DNA of 64,000 nucleotides from Thalia democratica. Lineage: Eukaryota. The position numbers and the translations under genes are program-made. Shown one piece after another: positions 26,908-40,649 of this stretch; positions within the stretch are counted from its first letter, which is position 1, and the number at the start of each line of letters is the position of its first letter. Below the pieces are notes generated by a model. That model did not search any database, was not told the origin of the DNA, and was given only the letters and a program-made list of their open reading frames with translations. Location of the stretch: the NCBI GenBank assembly GCA_965202585.1, contig OZ241830.1:66960001-67024000 (forward strand), given 5' to 3'.

Positions 26908-28994
26908 CTATTTTTTTTGCCAAATAAAACGTTCTAAAACTTTTTCCTGAAAACTTTCCTTTCCTGCTAGAACCTTTTCATTAACCATAGACTTTTCTAT
27001 ATTATGTACTCCTAATGTATTTAACCTCGTATTGCTCATCCTGCTTCTTAACCTGTTTTTTATCCTTTTCATACAAGAAAATTTCCTCTCAGCATCTGAA
27101 GTTGACATAGGGGTTGTAACAATAATCTCTCCTAAACTCATTATTTCACTAAAAATAGTATCTAGACCTTCTTCCTTAAACTTTTTCAATAATTTTTCCT
27201 ATGATTCTTAACACCAGCTATCCCTTTGGTAATAAATTTTAAATTGTGGCTTAAGTTTGTTAATATTAATTGAAGGATAAATTTCAGAAATGTTACTAAA
27301 AAACTCACCTAACTGCACTTTAAAACAACTTTTATAAAAATCTTTTCTAAATATTTGATGTGCCACCAAATGACATGTCTCAACATTTTCAAAACTTTTC
27401 TTTAACTCACCTAAAATTTTACTAATAACGTCACTAGCTGTTTCCTGAATTTCAAAAGGAATTTCAGTTACTTTAATATCTTAGATATACTCTCTAAATT
27501 CTCTGAAGCTGTTGTTCACGGAACTTGCTGTAGATCTAACAATTTGTAACTTAAGAAAAATCAACTCTACCTGAGAAAAAATAGGTTGAAAAAAACTTAA
27601 CAAATTAAAAAAAAATTCACTATTAAAAAGAGTTTGAAACTTCTTATCTTTAAAAACAGTTTTTCTTATTTTACTTTTGGTAGATACTTCCTGAAAACAA
27701 GCTTAGTACTGACTGTAGTAGGTAACTAACCTCTTCAAAGTTCTACTAAAATAACTCCACCTGGTATCAGATCCTGTTGGTAAACTTCCTCCTGTTAATT
27801 TCTTTTCAATTTTTTTTTTAAGTGATTTATTAAAAAAATATGAAATTTTCCTAATGTTTTCAAAAAACTCAATACTTTCCTCATTTTGCTGACATGCTTT
27901 CTTAATGACCAGCGGCATTTGGTGGCAATGACAATGTGTGTAGTGGGCCCTCTTATAAACATTCTTAATTCTAGCCTGAACTCCTTTTTACTTTCCTTCC
28001 ATTACCTTTGCTCCATCAAAAGTCTGAGCTATAAGTTTTTCTTGATTTTCCTCTAGCACAATCTTAAGCTGCTCCGAAATGAAATTAGAAATATCTTCTG
28101 AATTTACTGATTCTGGACAGAAATAACCCCAAAAATGCTCAACAACCTTACCTGATAACTTAATATACCTAAAAACAATAACTAACTGTGTTTGACCACT
28201 AATATCAGTGCTTTCATCTGCTATTACTGCTAAATATTTAGCCTGACTTATTTAAAAAATTACTTTCCTCCTATATACTTGAAGCACACTATCTAAAACT
28301 TCATTTTGGATGTCTGGGGAAGTTAACTTACAATTTGAACCTAAGCTACTACTTAAATTGGTTTTGAGTATAGGACTATCATCTGCCAAGAGATCTAACA
28401 TGTCTAAGAATACCCCCTTTTTTACTGAAAAAATCCTTTCGTTATCTCCTTTAAATGGCAACTCATGACAACCTTAAAAAAACTATAAACTTCATTACGT
28501 ACCTTAAAAGTTCTAAGTTTTCCTTTACTTTTGTATTATAATCAAAAATGGACTTATTCTGAGCAAATCCTAAACTTTCCTCAATACCTGATTTGGATAA
28601 AAGCTTAAGACTAACCAAACTATCTATTGCCCTCAGTACTCTCATGCTCCCTCATCCTTACAGTAATACAACCAATATTAGTAAAACCTGACCTGACAAA
28701 ATTACTTCTAGCACCTTTATTAAATAATAAACATGGAAAACAATACAAAGAATTATCCACCTTACCTGAACAAAGCCAATCTTTCTCCTGAAAATATTTT
28801 TCCTTGAAACTTTGTATATATTTTTTCCCGTTACTAGAAGAAGGTTTACTTAACTGAATCATTGGTGTTGGCCTCCGTCGTAACTTGACGTTCAATTTTT
28901 CCTGCTGACTTAACCTGTCAAAATTAAGTGCCTTTAATTCTTCAACTGTCATTAGTTCGGTGAAACTAAAATCACTCATTTTTTCTACATACAA
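26908..28994 (-). mobile_element. Decayed hAT transposase (ZMYM1/THAP12-like, TTF zinc finger plus hAT dimerization domain)
   Basis: WLC...SLYCFPCLLF zinc finger, TSPDIQNE, ADESTD-like and HCHCHQ catalytic-region motifs, and a SDAERKFSCMKRIKNRLRSRM dimerization motif. Split by frameshifts and stops. Confidence 0.88.
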
Positions 28995-31924
28995 TCTGTC
29001 TTAAAGATAAAAAAATAGTTTGTTTAATATTTCATTATGATGTTGTTTGAAACTTGACTATCAAACTAGTAAAATTAGCTCTTAAGGTTAAGATATATCT
29101 AAACATACAATGCTACCATGTGAATTTAAAAAAGAACTGTCCTAAGTGACCTTTAACTGTCTGAAAAGTCCTAATTTTTTTCTTTATCATTGAAATAAGA
29201 CTAACTTTTCAAATTTATCAATGTTTTTTTTTTTTTACAAAATTGGTTATTTAAATAGATTTATTAAAACTAGGCACTAAATCTCATTCAAATCTAGAAA
29301 AACATATGTTATGACATTATTAACAAACCTAAAAATGTCCAAAGGTTTTCATAGATAAAAAAAAACTATACTGAGTCAGCCTGAGTTCAAAAATAAAACT
29401 CTTAATATCCTAGAGTTATCCAGGATACTTTGAGTGTGCGGCAACAATGTACAATTTTAATCTTTAAACTTTGTTAAAAAATGAAATAAAAGTTTAACTA
29501 AGTTAAGCATTTATAAAATATTTAAATAAGTTTTAATTAAAAAACAAAGTTCTAAAATATAAAAAAAAACTATAGTTTGTTTATATTATTCTTTAATAAA
29601 TATTATATTATTGAGTTTTTCAGTTTGTCTTCTTTTTGCAAGCTATTTGTCTTATTGTGTTATTCTTTCTGATTTAGTAGATTCTAATCTTCTTGATAAA
29701 ACTTCAGGAATTGATATTGTCATCACTGATTCAAAAGTTTTCATTGTTGTATATTTGTCAACCACAGAGATTTAATCTTAAAACATTCAACTCAGAGAGT
29801 CAATTTGACTTAAAACAAAAACTAAAAAGTTAATTCTCAATGTTAGTTTATTTTGAGATTCATCTACTTTAAAATTCATCTTCTTATATATTTTCTACCT
29901 ATATTTGCTCTTTTTGTAACACAAAAAAATATAAATTTCAAAAAATGTTAAGTTCTTTTTGACTCACCACAAACATTTCAATAGTACAAGATCCTCTCTC
30001 ACACTAATTTTTTCATTTTCTCACATCATTAAAACCAAATCTACAGCTTCCAAATTGATTTTTTTACAATACTTTGCTATTTGATAATAGACTTTTACAC
30101 CAAGCTATTTGTATACAATTTAGATGTATTCAATTTGTTTGTTCAATATTTATGACATTAAAAGTGCTAGTGAGTCCGTAAATGTGTAGAAATTATTTCT
30201 CAGAAGTGCAAAACTAAGGGAAGAAAAGCAAGTTTTTATGCACAAATGTTTACGTTTCTGTAGATTTGCAGAAACATACCAAGATACGTGCCTGCGGCGC
30301 ACTATCTGATTACGCCACAGAAGCTGCGTGTAAATTTAAAATTGGTTGATGCGTTGTATACCTAGTTATTAAATGAGTTAAATGGATGATTTTTCAGTTC
30401 GAAAAGTTCTACGCGTTTAAACTATTTGTTTTACGAAAAATGTCAATACTAGAAGTAACACTTCTAAACAAATAGTAATCAGATTGTAGTATAATAGTTT
30501 TATTAATTAACAAATTTATCTTAAAAATTAAATTCATTGTTGATACTACCAAGTAATGTTCTTAACTGTCGGTGATAACTAAGAAAAAACCTAATGGTTT
30601 GAATGTAATTTTATAAAGTATTATAGTACAAATGAGATCAGCGTGGAATTATAATAATTATATTCCAAACTTTCTTAAGACCTTTATGATATGAATGTAT
30701 ATTCTTGATTATAAGATTTTTCAATAATTTAGTTACATATAGCTTAAAACGTTATTGTATACTAAAGTAAACAAATAGTAAAAAATCAAAACAAACTTAT
30801 AGTAGTAAAACCAACAAAGTACATAAATAACTGCTCAAAAATAATACAGTTTTTAAAAAAATACAATTTTGCTTTTAGCAAGGTAGAAAATATATTAGTT
30901 TTAATTATCTAAATTTCTGTTTTATTAACCTAGGTTTGAACTAGGTTCTCAAATTCTAAATGGACGTTCCAGTCTTATTTAAGAAATGTATATGAATATA
31001 TACAAATAGTTGTGATCAAATTTTTGTGATCTTTAGAATATTATGCATGTCAATCATTAAAAAAAAATTAATTAAATCAGAGTTTTAATTATATGTTTTA
31101 CGCGCAACAAATAAGTATTTCTAATTATGTATCAGGTAAATAACATTAAATATACTTTTAAATTCAACAAAAAAACCGTTCAAGTCAGAAAACAAGTTTC
31201 AAAATATAATTTTATTTACGATATTAATATCAAATACACTTTTCAATTATCTAAAAATTTAACATGGATTTAGTTTACATAAGTTATATGTTTGTGATAC
31301 TTTTAGTTTAATCTAAGCCATAAAGAAAATAAACTAAGTTTCTAAACAGTTTAGTAATTTAAAAAATATACCTATGCTCACATTTATTTATGCAACTTAA
31401 AAAAATAATTTTAAAATGAGCTTTAATGCTAAAAACTAATTCAATTGATAAAAATATAATTTAACGAGTTTGTCTTTTTTAAACTATGTAACCGTATAAT
31501 GTTTTGCATTTATTAAGTGTTTAAGTTTATACTGGGTATAAATGTACACGAAGTAATAAAACTGACATTTTAGTAATTATTTTAGTTTAATCAAAAAAAA
31601 AAATTTTACATAGTACAAAAAAAATGTTTAAAAAAAAAACAGTATACATTAATATACAATTAATATTATAACAGTATAGTTAAATGCAAAAAGTGCACAA
31701 ACATTTATGTACAACATTACATGTCTTTTTATTTTAAATACAACAACAAAAACTGTGTTAGCAGTATAACAACATTAAAAATATTCTGTATAGATAATTT
31801 GAACGTTTTTTTTTATCAAAAAATAATTGGAGATGACAAAAAAAAAATATTAAAAAAAATTAATTTTAATTTAACTAAACATGAAAAGCAGTTTTTATAA
31901 TCAACTCAATAAAAACAAAAACAT

Positions 31925-32475
31925 AAACTACAGTTTAAACAAGCTTGTAGGTACCACCTTCGGCATCGTAGATCCTTCTCCGGGTTTTCACACGACCAGA
32001 ACGACGCAGCACATTCACTGGTGACACTCAATAGTCAACCAAAACTCATTCAGAAAATCCAGGTTTATTATAAGAATCCAAACGAGACAATGCAGAATTT
32101 CTCTTATGTATAGGACTAGCTTGCACCCATACAATTTGAGTCATCAGGTGAAAGGAAGGCACCTGGTTTCAAATTAATTATTGCTATTGTTATTTACAAC
32201 TTTGTCATTTATTACCTTTTGGGAGCACGTAACATCATCATTTTCCTGGAAACATCTTTCCTCATTATACCAACAAAAACTTACTTCTGCAGTGCTATGT
32301 TTGCTTTTCTTAGATAAGGGATACTGCTTATAGATTTGCAACCAGATGGGTTAAATTTCCTTAAAAACTTATGATTTCGAACAGATAAGCGACCTGATCC
32401 ATCAAACAAAACAACATATTGGTGGTAGTCTTATAATTCCACTACTACTCCACTTTTCCCCACTTGTTAGGAATA
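31925..32475 (-). mobile_element. Gypsy integrase tail remnant (inverted paralog of 4792-5320)
   Basis: Reverse-complement similarity over about 530 bp. Extends upstream to PNKWGKSGVVV. Confidence 0.72.
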
Positions 32476-32689
32476 TAAAAAAATAACTACAAAAGAAAAC
32501 AATCTTTTTGGGTGATTTTGTAAGTGTAAAAAAGGAACAGAAATTTCAGCTTATACACTTTACTTGTTTAGATAATTAAGTTTCTGAACCAAAGGTATAA
32601 AGTTTAAGTTATAATGTAACTAATTATTTAAAATAAATTTACTGTAAATCGACTTTAAACACACTAGTAAAACATGTTTGGACATAAAT

Positions 32690-33290
32690 TTGTTTTAAAT
32701 TCTTCAGATTTTCACCTCCGCTATTTAGCAGCTGTGGAAAATGTATGCAGAACTTGAAGTTACTGAAAAGAGTTTAGCAAATAATGCAGGAGCTACAGAA
32801 GTAGGAACAACTGAAAGTTTATAAATAGATAAAAACAACAAAATAGTTTTCAGCAGTAAATAAGTATGCATCAAGTGACAGCAGCAGAGAAATTTATAGA
32901 CAGCAAATTCGAATAATTAAAGTAAGGAATAGTATAAAAAAGTCCCAGCGTCATAGTGTACTATTGAAGCATTATTGTTACAAAAAATACTTGTCAGGAT
33001 GAATGTTGTGTAGTAAAAGATCATATAGTAGTGAAATTTAGACTAACGTAGATATTGACATAGTATTTTGTACTACTGGGTATCGTAGTACGGAAAGGCT
33101 AAACTATAAATCTAGTTTAGAACAGATTACTCAAATTGAAGTTTCATTATAATCTTATTGAGGAAGAAGATGTTAAAACAAACGAAGAAAAATATAAAGG
33201 GGTGTATTACTACAAATTGATAAAAAATTCTTACATATCCTTCGAATAAATTAGTAGATATTTTTTATCTAGGATTTAAATAACATAAAC
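32690..33290 (+). repeat. Dispersed repeat family X, copy C (inverted)
   Basis: Reverse complement of the 3940-4075 and 4370-4782 sequences. Confidence 0.7.
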
Positions 33291-33291
33291 A

Positions 33292-33585
33292 GTGCTAATG
33301 CAATTAGTAAAATGAACTTATCATGGGAGAATATGGTAAGTGTTGCTACTGATGGCTGTCAAGCATTAGTAGGAAAAAACTTTGGTTTGCTAAAAAAACT
33401 TGGTTGCAAAGTTGCAGACGTTGGTTACAGAAAAAAAAGATATTTTTACACTGCATAATACACCAGGAGGTATTATGTAAAATAGTTCTTGACATGTTGT
33501 AAATTCGGTTTAAAGAAAACTAATTTCATGAGAGCAAGAGGGCTTAACCACAAGCAATTTAGAAATTGACTTTTTAGACATTGAC
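33292..33585 (+). mobile_element. hAT transposase remnant, SPIN/GTF2IRD2-like, central part
   Basis: LSWENMVSVATDGCQALVGKN, FLHCIIHQEVLC, RARGLNHKQF. Confidence 0.85.
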
Positions 33586-33679
33586 ATTACTAGAAACAGC
33601 AACAACACCTTTTTTAATTCTTATACAGAAAAGAAAATTTTAGTCCACACTACATTTCCTGCAATTCGTTTTACCCCAC

Positions 33680-34130
33680 CGAACAAAAATTGAAAGTCAT
33701 ACAATGCATAACCAACAGAGCTATTTAAATTTGCACGGCCAACTGTTTAGATTTAGAATTTGACAACATTTACAAAATTTTTCTTTCATAGGTTACCCCG
33801 AAACAGTCATCAAGAAGACAATTAAGGCAACTCAGTCCAAATTGAAACGATTACCCTCTTTCGGCCCACATCATTGCCCAGTCTACCTCCGCCTTCCTTA
33901 TATGGGTGAAAACTCAATAAGACTGGCTAAGCAAGCTTCATTAGCTATAAAATCAACCTTTAATACAACACCAACCGCCCGCTTAACGAAATTGTGAAAG
34001 ATGTCACACCTACCCATGATTTAAGCAATGTAGTATACATATTTAAATAACATTGCGTAAATGACTACGTAGGTCGAACACCTCAACGTTTTTCACGTCA
34101 GGCGAGAGCAGAATGTCACAAAAAAATTAC
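33680..34130 (+). mobile_element. Penelope-like element remnant (RT thumb plus GIY-YIG endonuclease)
   Basis: NRAI*IC...GYPETVI, VYLRLPYMG, SNVVYIFK*HC..DYVGRT. Confidence 0.82.
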
Positions 34131-34479
34131 GAAGTAGAAAGAATAAGACCGCGTGTACAACAACAAATTAATAAAAAACCTTAGAACTCTTTATAGGTAA
34201 TCAGTAAAACATTTTTAGTTAATGCAATTTAGTTAATTCTTGTGTTAACACAACAAAAAGCTAATGAAGAAATCAGATTAGAAAAAATAAAAATTGCAAT
34301 TGTAGATCAAAATCAAACTGCTATGTGGATATTTCTATTTGAATAAGAATTGGAAATGTTTGTTTTTAATAAATCAAAGATCTTTTCAAAGTGCTTGTAA
34401 AAAACTGAGACTGATTTTTGGATGGTTCTAACCATTTTTTATTTTTGCCCCGTGGGATAAAGCTCACGAAAATAGATTA

Positions 34480-34920
34480 ACAAGTTTTGTTTTGCTAAAT
34501 TCTAAAATATATTAAAGAAAATAGATATTAATGTATACAAAAGAAAAAATCTAAACCAGGAACAATAACATGCAGGTTGTGCTTAAAAGCAGCTTTATTA
34601 ATACTTGAATCTGGTACAAATTGCGACAGTTTTTGAGAAAAACATAGAGACATGTGGCTTTGAATATAGAGTTATGCCAAAACTAACAGATGAACTAAAA
34701 GATTTCTAAAATAAAATGATAAACTTAATCAAACAGGTAAAATTTACAAAAATAAGTTACAGCTTCCAAGATAAACTAGTAAATGATCTTATAATAAGTA
34801 AAACTGAAACCATAATCTGGTGACAAAACAACAAATTATTACAAAGTTCAGAAATAAGAATTTAAGAACCTATCATTAAAATCTATAACAAAAGCATATA
34901 AAATGAGTGATAATAGAAGA
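34480..34920 (+). mobile_element. Probable Penelope-like element N-terminal remnant
   Basis: DF*NKMINLIKQVKF...FQDKL and a broken DKTNNYYKV...ITKAYK motif, resembling the region upstream of PLE RT. Heavily decayed. Confidence 0.5.
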
Positions 34921-35152
34921 CAATAATGGGAATTTTAAACTATTTGTTTGTTAAATCTTTTTTATTTATTTTAAGTTTATCAAAAAAACCGTAAATATTG
35001 TAAAAGTTTTAAAAAAATTCTACGGTTTTAATAAAACAAATTATAGTAGGTTTGTAATGAAAGACGAAAATCATAATGAGAGCAGTGTTTTCAATTCTAG
35101 TAACCCACATAATACATCTAAAGAAATTATAAATGAATATTTAGGTATTTAA

Positions 35153-35834
35153 GGGCATAGGGGGGGGTAAACACCCTTTTTTGGTTTTTGATCTTATTTT
35201 ATATAGTTTTTACTAAGCTACAAGATGCTTTTTACAGATTAAAAAAATTCAAAATAATTTTTGAGATATAGCCGGTTAAAGTCGGAAGCGACAATAGGAT
35301 CCTTATGGGAGGCGCAAACTAAAACGGCAAATAACTAGAAATCACTAAAAATCTATCTCCTCCTACGTTTTTTGAGATAACTACCTCAAATTTTCAGGAA
35401 ATGTTCCTTGCAGTATTTAGAAAATTCTGTCGGAACAGATTTTAAAAAAATTAAAAAATAAAAATTTTAAAACAAAAAAACAAAAAAAAAACTGTTTTTT
35501 TTGTTTATTTTTTATATAAAATTTTTATTTTTTATTTTTTTCAAAATTCCTTCCGACAGAATTTTCTAAATATATCAAGGAACATTTCCTGAAAGTTTGA
35601 AGTAGTTATCTCAAAAAACGTAGGAGAAGATAGATTTTTAGTAAAATAGTCTATTTTTGCCGTTTTAGTTTGCGCCTCCCATAAGGAACCTATTGTCGCC
35701 TCCGACTTTAACCGGCTATATCTCAAAAATTATTTTGAATTTTTAAAATCTGTAAAAAGCATCTTGTAGCTTAGTAAAAACTATATAAAATAAGATCAAA
35801 AACCAAAAAAGGGTGTTTACCCCCCCCTATGCCC
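35153..35834. mobile_element. 682-bp fold-back MITE with TTAA TSD and GG...CC ends (Kolobok-like)
   Basis: TTAA|gggcataggggggg...ccccccctatgccc|TTAA. The arms of about 335 bp are near-perfect inverted repeats. Confidence 0.88.
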
Positions 35835-35986
35835 TTAATCTATTAAAATAAGAAGAATTGGAGGATTTAAAAATATTATATGTTGGTTAGCAAGTTAGTT
35901 AGTAGTACCAAATTAAAAAGAAATTAAGATCATTGATTAAAAGCCATCAGTGATGTAGAAAATGCATCGTGTATTTGTATTTTTAC

Positions 35987-37748
35987 TAGTGATGTACCGG
36001 ACTCACTATCCGGGTCCGGGTCCGGCCGGATATTGCCATTTTTGTCTGATATCCGGATCCGGCCGGATTCTAATTTGAAAAAAAAGTCCGGATCCGGTTC
36101 CGGCCGGATTCTAATTTGAAAAAAAAAGTCCGGGTCCGGTTCCGGCCGGATTCTAATTTGAAAAAAAAGTCCGGATCCGGGTCCGGCCGGACCCTAACAG
36201 AGATCCGGCCGGACCCGGATCTAGTTAGTAAAAAAGAGCATACTGAAAAGTATTTTTTCAAAAACAAAATCTGTGTAAATTAATAAGAGTCATTTTCATC
36301 AGTTAAAATTAAACACCTACCGTGATTGGCTCATTTTGTACACGTGACTAATTTAAACTTGTTTACATTTAAACTATGAAATAAACATTTCATGAAATGC
36401 AACTCTTTACCTATGTTGTAAAATTGAAAACTTTAAAATGAATACTTGCATTATTTATTGTTTAAAGTTTAGCTCAGAGAATATTTAGAGTTAATAGAGC
36501 CAATGAGAATCATATGACGAAATGTTTCAAACTAAATACTGGTGCAACAAAACATCAGAACATGACAGGCAGTTTATATGTAAGCAGTTAGTTAGTTTGG
36601 TGTGCAGCTTGAAGCAACAAAATATCTTGAACGTTTTTGTGAATGCTTATTGTAAGTAGTGTTTTGTTTTAAAAGTGAATATTTTAACAGGTGTTTAATT
36701 CTTTAAATATTTAAGCCAGGTTTATAATTTAATAGTTTCTTTAAAAATTTTACAGTTTCTTTTTTTCTAAAAGTTTTATTTAATTTTTAGTTTTATGTTT
36801 TAAGTCTTTTGATATAGATTTAAACAGCTTCCAGTTTTTAAAGTGTTACCAAAGTAATTAATAATTTTGTATATGCTAGTATTTCTTGTTGTGTTTTATA
36901 TAAAAGATTCATTACTCAAAACTGTCGTGTCTGATTATAGAAAGTAGTCTCAGTTAGAATTTAGTATTTGTTAGATATTAATTAAATAAGGTAGGATTTA
37001 ATTATGATGGGTAGTACTAATAAATTAAGTGTACCACAATCGGTCCACAACTTTACTACCAAATTGTCAACCTTTGCTAGCTGTTCAACTGATTATTAGA
37101 TTAAAGTTTTAAAAACCTCATTCTGACTCAGGCTTGTTTATACTCACTCTAGCTAGTTTTATTGACTTAAACAGTGGCAAACCTGCTAGTTTGAAAATTT
37201 TTGGGAATTTTAGAAAATCTTGGACTGCCTCAGGCTAGTTTAGTTTTTTATAAAAACTCAGGCTAGTTTTATTTTAGATTTTGAATGAGTTTGAGCTGGT
37301 CAGTTTTCAATGTTTTGTAATTTTCTAGTGTATTTTGTTCAAGAACTTGATTTCAGATTTTTAATTGTAAATAACACCTAAATTTGTAAATCTTGTGGCT
37401 AGCTGTTCTACTTATTATTCGATTAAAGTTCTTTTTTTTCAGGTTGAAAAACCTTATTCTGACTCAGGTTAGTTTATTCTAGTGATTTACCGGACTAACT
37501 ATCCGGGTCCGGCCGGATATTGCCATTTTTGTCTGATATCCGGATCCGGCCGGATTCTAATTTGAAAAAAAAGTCCGGATCCGGTTCCGGCCGGACTCTA
37601 ATTTGAAAAAAAAGTCCGGATCCGGTTCCGGCCGGATTCTAATTTGAAAAAAAAAGTCCGGATCCGGTTCCGGCCGGATTCTAATTTGAAAAAAAGGTCC
37701 GGATCCGGGTCCGGCCGGACCCGAAATTGTGAGTCCGGTACATCACTA
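35987..37748. mobile_element. Non-autonomous hAT-type element with 20-bp TIRs, 8-bp TSD and 41-42 bp subterminal tandem repeats
   Basis: TIR TAGTGATGTACCGGACTCAC at 35987 with its exact reverse complement ending at 37748. Perfect TSD ATTTTTAC at 35979-35986 and 37749-37756. Arrays of ccggatccggttccggccggattctaatttg(a)ngt at 36050-36190 and 37540-37720. Confidence 0.9.
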
Positions 37749-37849
37749 ATTTTTACCAATCAAAACAACTCACAAAAGAATTAAGATAATAATGAGCACA
37801 AAGTCTGATTCAGCAGAGGATATCAATTTGGCTACAACTGCACCAAAAA

Positions 37850-38470
37850 CTTTCTTAGAATGGTTTTTGATAGTGGTTTTTTTCATTATTCTAATTAAAT
37901 AAAATGGTCTACATGCGAAATCATAAAGTAATTTAATGAAAATGACTGATGAAATCTAAAAGATTAAATTTAAAACTTTTTCTTGCCATCTCAATGAGAA
38001 TAACTTTAAGCATTTCGCAAAACTTGTTACTACAGAACCATCGGTGATAACATCGCATAAGTATAATAATATCATAGTTTCATTTGATAATGAATTTGGT
38101 CGTCGTTTCGCAGACTTAAAACAATTTAGTGCTGAATTTAATATTGTTTCATCACCGATGACGTTTGACACCAAAGATGCACATGGTAACTACAGTTAAA
38201 ACTAATCTAACTTCAATGTGACAGTAAACTCAAAGTAAAGTTTAAAACTAAAAGAATTAAGAGAATTTGTGTCTTACTTAAGAAGTCAAAGTTTGTTAAT
38301 TTAAAAAAGATGGCAATGAAGTAACTTGTTCTGTTTGGGTCTACATACACTTGTGAGCAAACATTCTCAACAGAAAATAGACAAAAATAAGCTACGTTTA
38401 AATCTAAGTGGAAGCAATCTGCAATAATAACTGAAAATATCTTCTTCAAATATACTTCAAGATTTTAAAC
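37850..38470 (+). mobile_element. hAT transposase remnant, SPIN/GTF2IRD2-like, C-terminal part
   Basis: EFGRRFADLK, LQ..LI*LQCD, LFGSTYTCEQTFS (hAT dimerization domain). Confidence 0.85.
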
Positions 38471-38639
38471 AAATTGTTATAAACTTTGATGATCCAAAAA
38501 TGTCTTATTGACTTTTTTTAGTGTAACTATTTTTGCTAAACTTTTTAAACTTTGCATTTAAAATATAAAAAGACAGTTTTATGTGTTAGTTTTTTGTTTA
38601 GTAATATTTTCATAATATAAAATGATCTTAATCAAAAAT

Positions 38640-39300
38640 TCAAAACATAATGTCGTCTCCGACATTTGAAAATAATTTTCAAATCCCTTGCTGACCGACA
38701 CCTTCACTCAACTGGGGGTTGATCACCGTTTTGTACCCCCTTACCCGGCAAATGGGTTCATTGAGCGTCAACATAAAACGATAAACCAAGCGCTGCGCGC
38801 CATAGAGACAAAAGCCAATTGGGCACAGCGACTACCGCTTATCATTGCAAGCATAAACAATACTTCCATAGAAGGTTCTCCCTATACTCCTTCCCAGTAT
38901 ACCCTAGGGGTGAGTGTGAACTTACCAGGTCAAATTTTCAATGATAGCATAAGGGAACTAATTTTGGTTGTGATCCTTTGGACACAATGTTATTCCTAAA
39001 TATTGTGTCCGACATTTGTCGCAAACACCAGCGACATAGGAATGTATACTATGAACCCTCTCTGTTTCAGTGTGAAAAAGTGTGGGTCAGACGTGAGAAC
39101 AAGAGGAAACTCAGATCCATTTATAATGGCCCGTATACAGTTATTCGTACCTTTGAACATTCAATGTATATTCAGAAAAATTGTGGGGTGGTGGAGGTTT
39201 TCATTCGCAATGTTAGAGCATATTTTCCAAGAAAGGACCTAGAGGGCGGAGACGATAATAAAAACAGAGGAGATAGATACAACCTCAGAGAAAGGCTTAT
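38640..39300 (+). mobile_element. Gypsy integrase remnant
   Basis: PPYPANGFIERQHKTI (catalytic E region), W...LP, TP, and YNGPYTV (GPY/F module), frameshifted across ORFs 38688-38999 and 38978-39334. Confidence 0.88.
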
Positions 39301-40649
39301 TGATATTCTTATATTCATATTCGTCACATATTGATATGTATAATTGATATTTGTATATATTTCATATTGTTTATATATACTTTTAATGGATATGAGTAAG
39401 AGACACTGTACACATAGTCAAGAGAAGGGTACTGGCTAGAGCCATGCAACTATTAGAAGTTACTCTGAGGCAGTACCTGTTCCGCCGGTGCTACCAGGCC
39501 CTCCAAGCGGACAAAGCTAATGTTATCAAAATGAACTCAAAAGTCCGCATTTGTAAAAATATTGAAATGGAATGACACAAGATTTCATTTTACAAATAAA
39601 AGTTTTAGAAGATTGTATCTGCTAAAGAAAATTAAGTTCTTAAAAGCATAATTGAAAATATTTATTAACAGTAGATGAAACAAGTCTGTATTTATAAATC
39701 ACAAGCAGAATAAAACATTAGAACCAGGTAAAATGCTATATGATTAAAAGTTATAAACCCATTATAAAAATAAAGTTGACAACTTATGTTCATATGGAAA
39801 ATAACCAACTAAGAAAGTTTATAAAAAGTGTATAAGGACTCATCTCAAGTTTAAACAAAGATAACAAGATCTCTAAGAAGAGTTTCAATTTTTAAGAACG
39901 ACCAGAACACTTTCAAGCTTTTTATTGTAAATAAGATAAAAAATGAATAATCATCACTTGGCAATAAAGACGAAATGACAAGAAGGAAAACTAAAAATCA
40001 AATATGAAAAGAATCCTAGATCGTACAGAAATCTAATCAAAGGTAAAAAGACTTATAAGCGATAAACAATCATCTTCAAATGTAGTTGAATATGCTAACG
40101 GATAACGGGGATGCCAATGCAAAATAGAGTTATTATCGTTAGTAAATAAAGCAGATTAATTTATAGCTAGTCTTAAATATCTAAAACAAAGTTTAGAAAA
40201 TTTTTAAGTAAAACTTTATAGGAAAGACCAAAAACTTGTATGACAAAACAAGAAATCATCATGGCTCGAGTGACTATAACTCTGATAAAAAAGTTAAATC
40301 TGGATGATAAACAGAGCACAATACCAAAGAGGAGAAAAAGAAAAATTAATCAAAGTGAAGCATTATACCAAATGAAACTCAAAGTAAAAAGATAATTTGT
40401 TAAACATTACACTTCAATTTTTTTTCTTTCCAATTTGTTTCGAAACAGGCTTTGCTTGCAATTTTAAAAGAAAAAGTAATACAAGCTATTTCCAATTATT
40501 AATGTTACTTAAAGTAATGTATCACTAATTTCATTCAATTTAGATGAAATTAGTATAGAAGAGGTAGACATAAAAAGTGGTAAAATACAATTTATGCCTG
40601 AATGTAAAGAAGATATTTTTGTACATAACGATGAAAAGTCTGACCCGAA

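Noticed and set aside
36070-36267. CRISPR-like short regularly spaced repeats (also at 37540-37720) and the repetitive ORF over them
   Set aside because: The units are contiguous with no unique spacers and no cas genes. They are subterminal repeats of a TSD-bounded hAT element in eukaryotic DNA.
37940-37975. ctgatga-aatc-taaaa-gatt resembling a hammerhead
   Set aside because: There is no GAAA box after stem II, and it lies in hAT coding sequence.
39400-40420. Decayed coding-like sequence between the Gypsy integrase and the MULE
   Set aside because: No diagnostic motif could be recovered by eye, so it is left unassigned.
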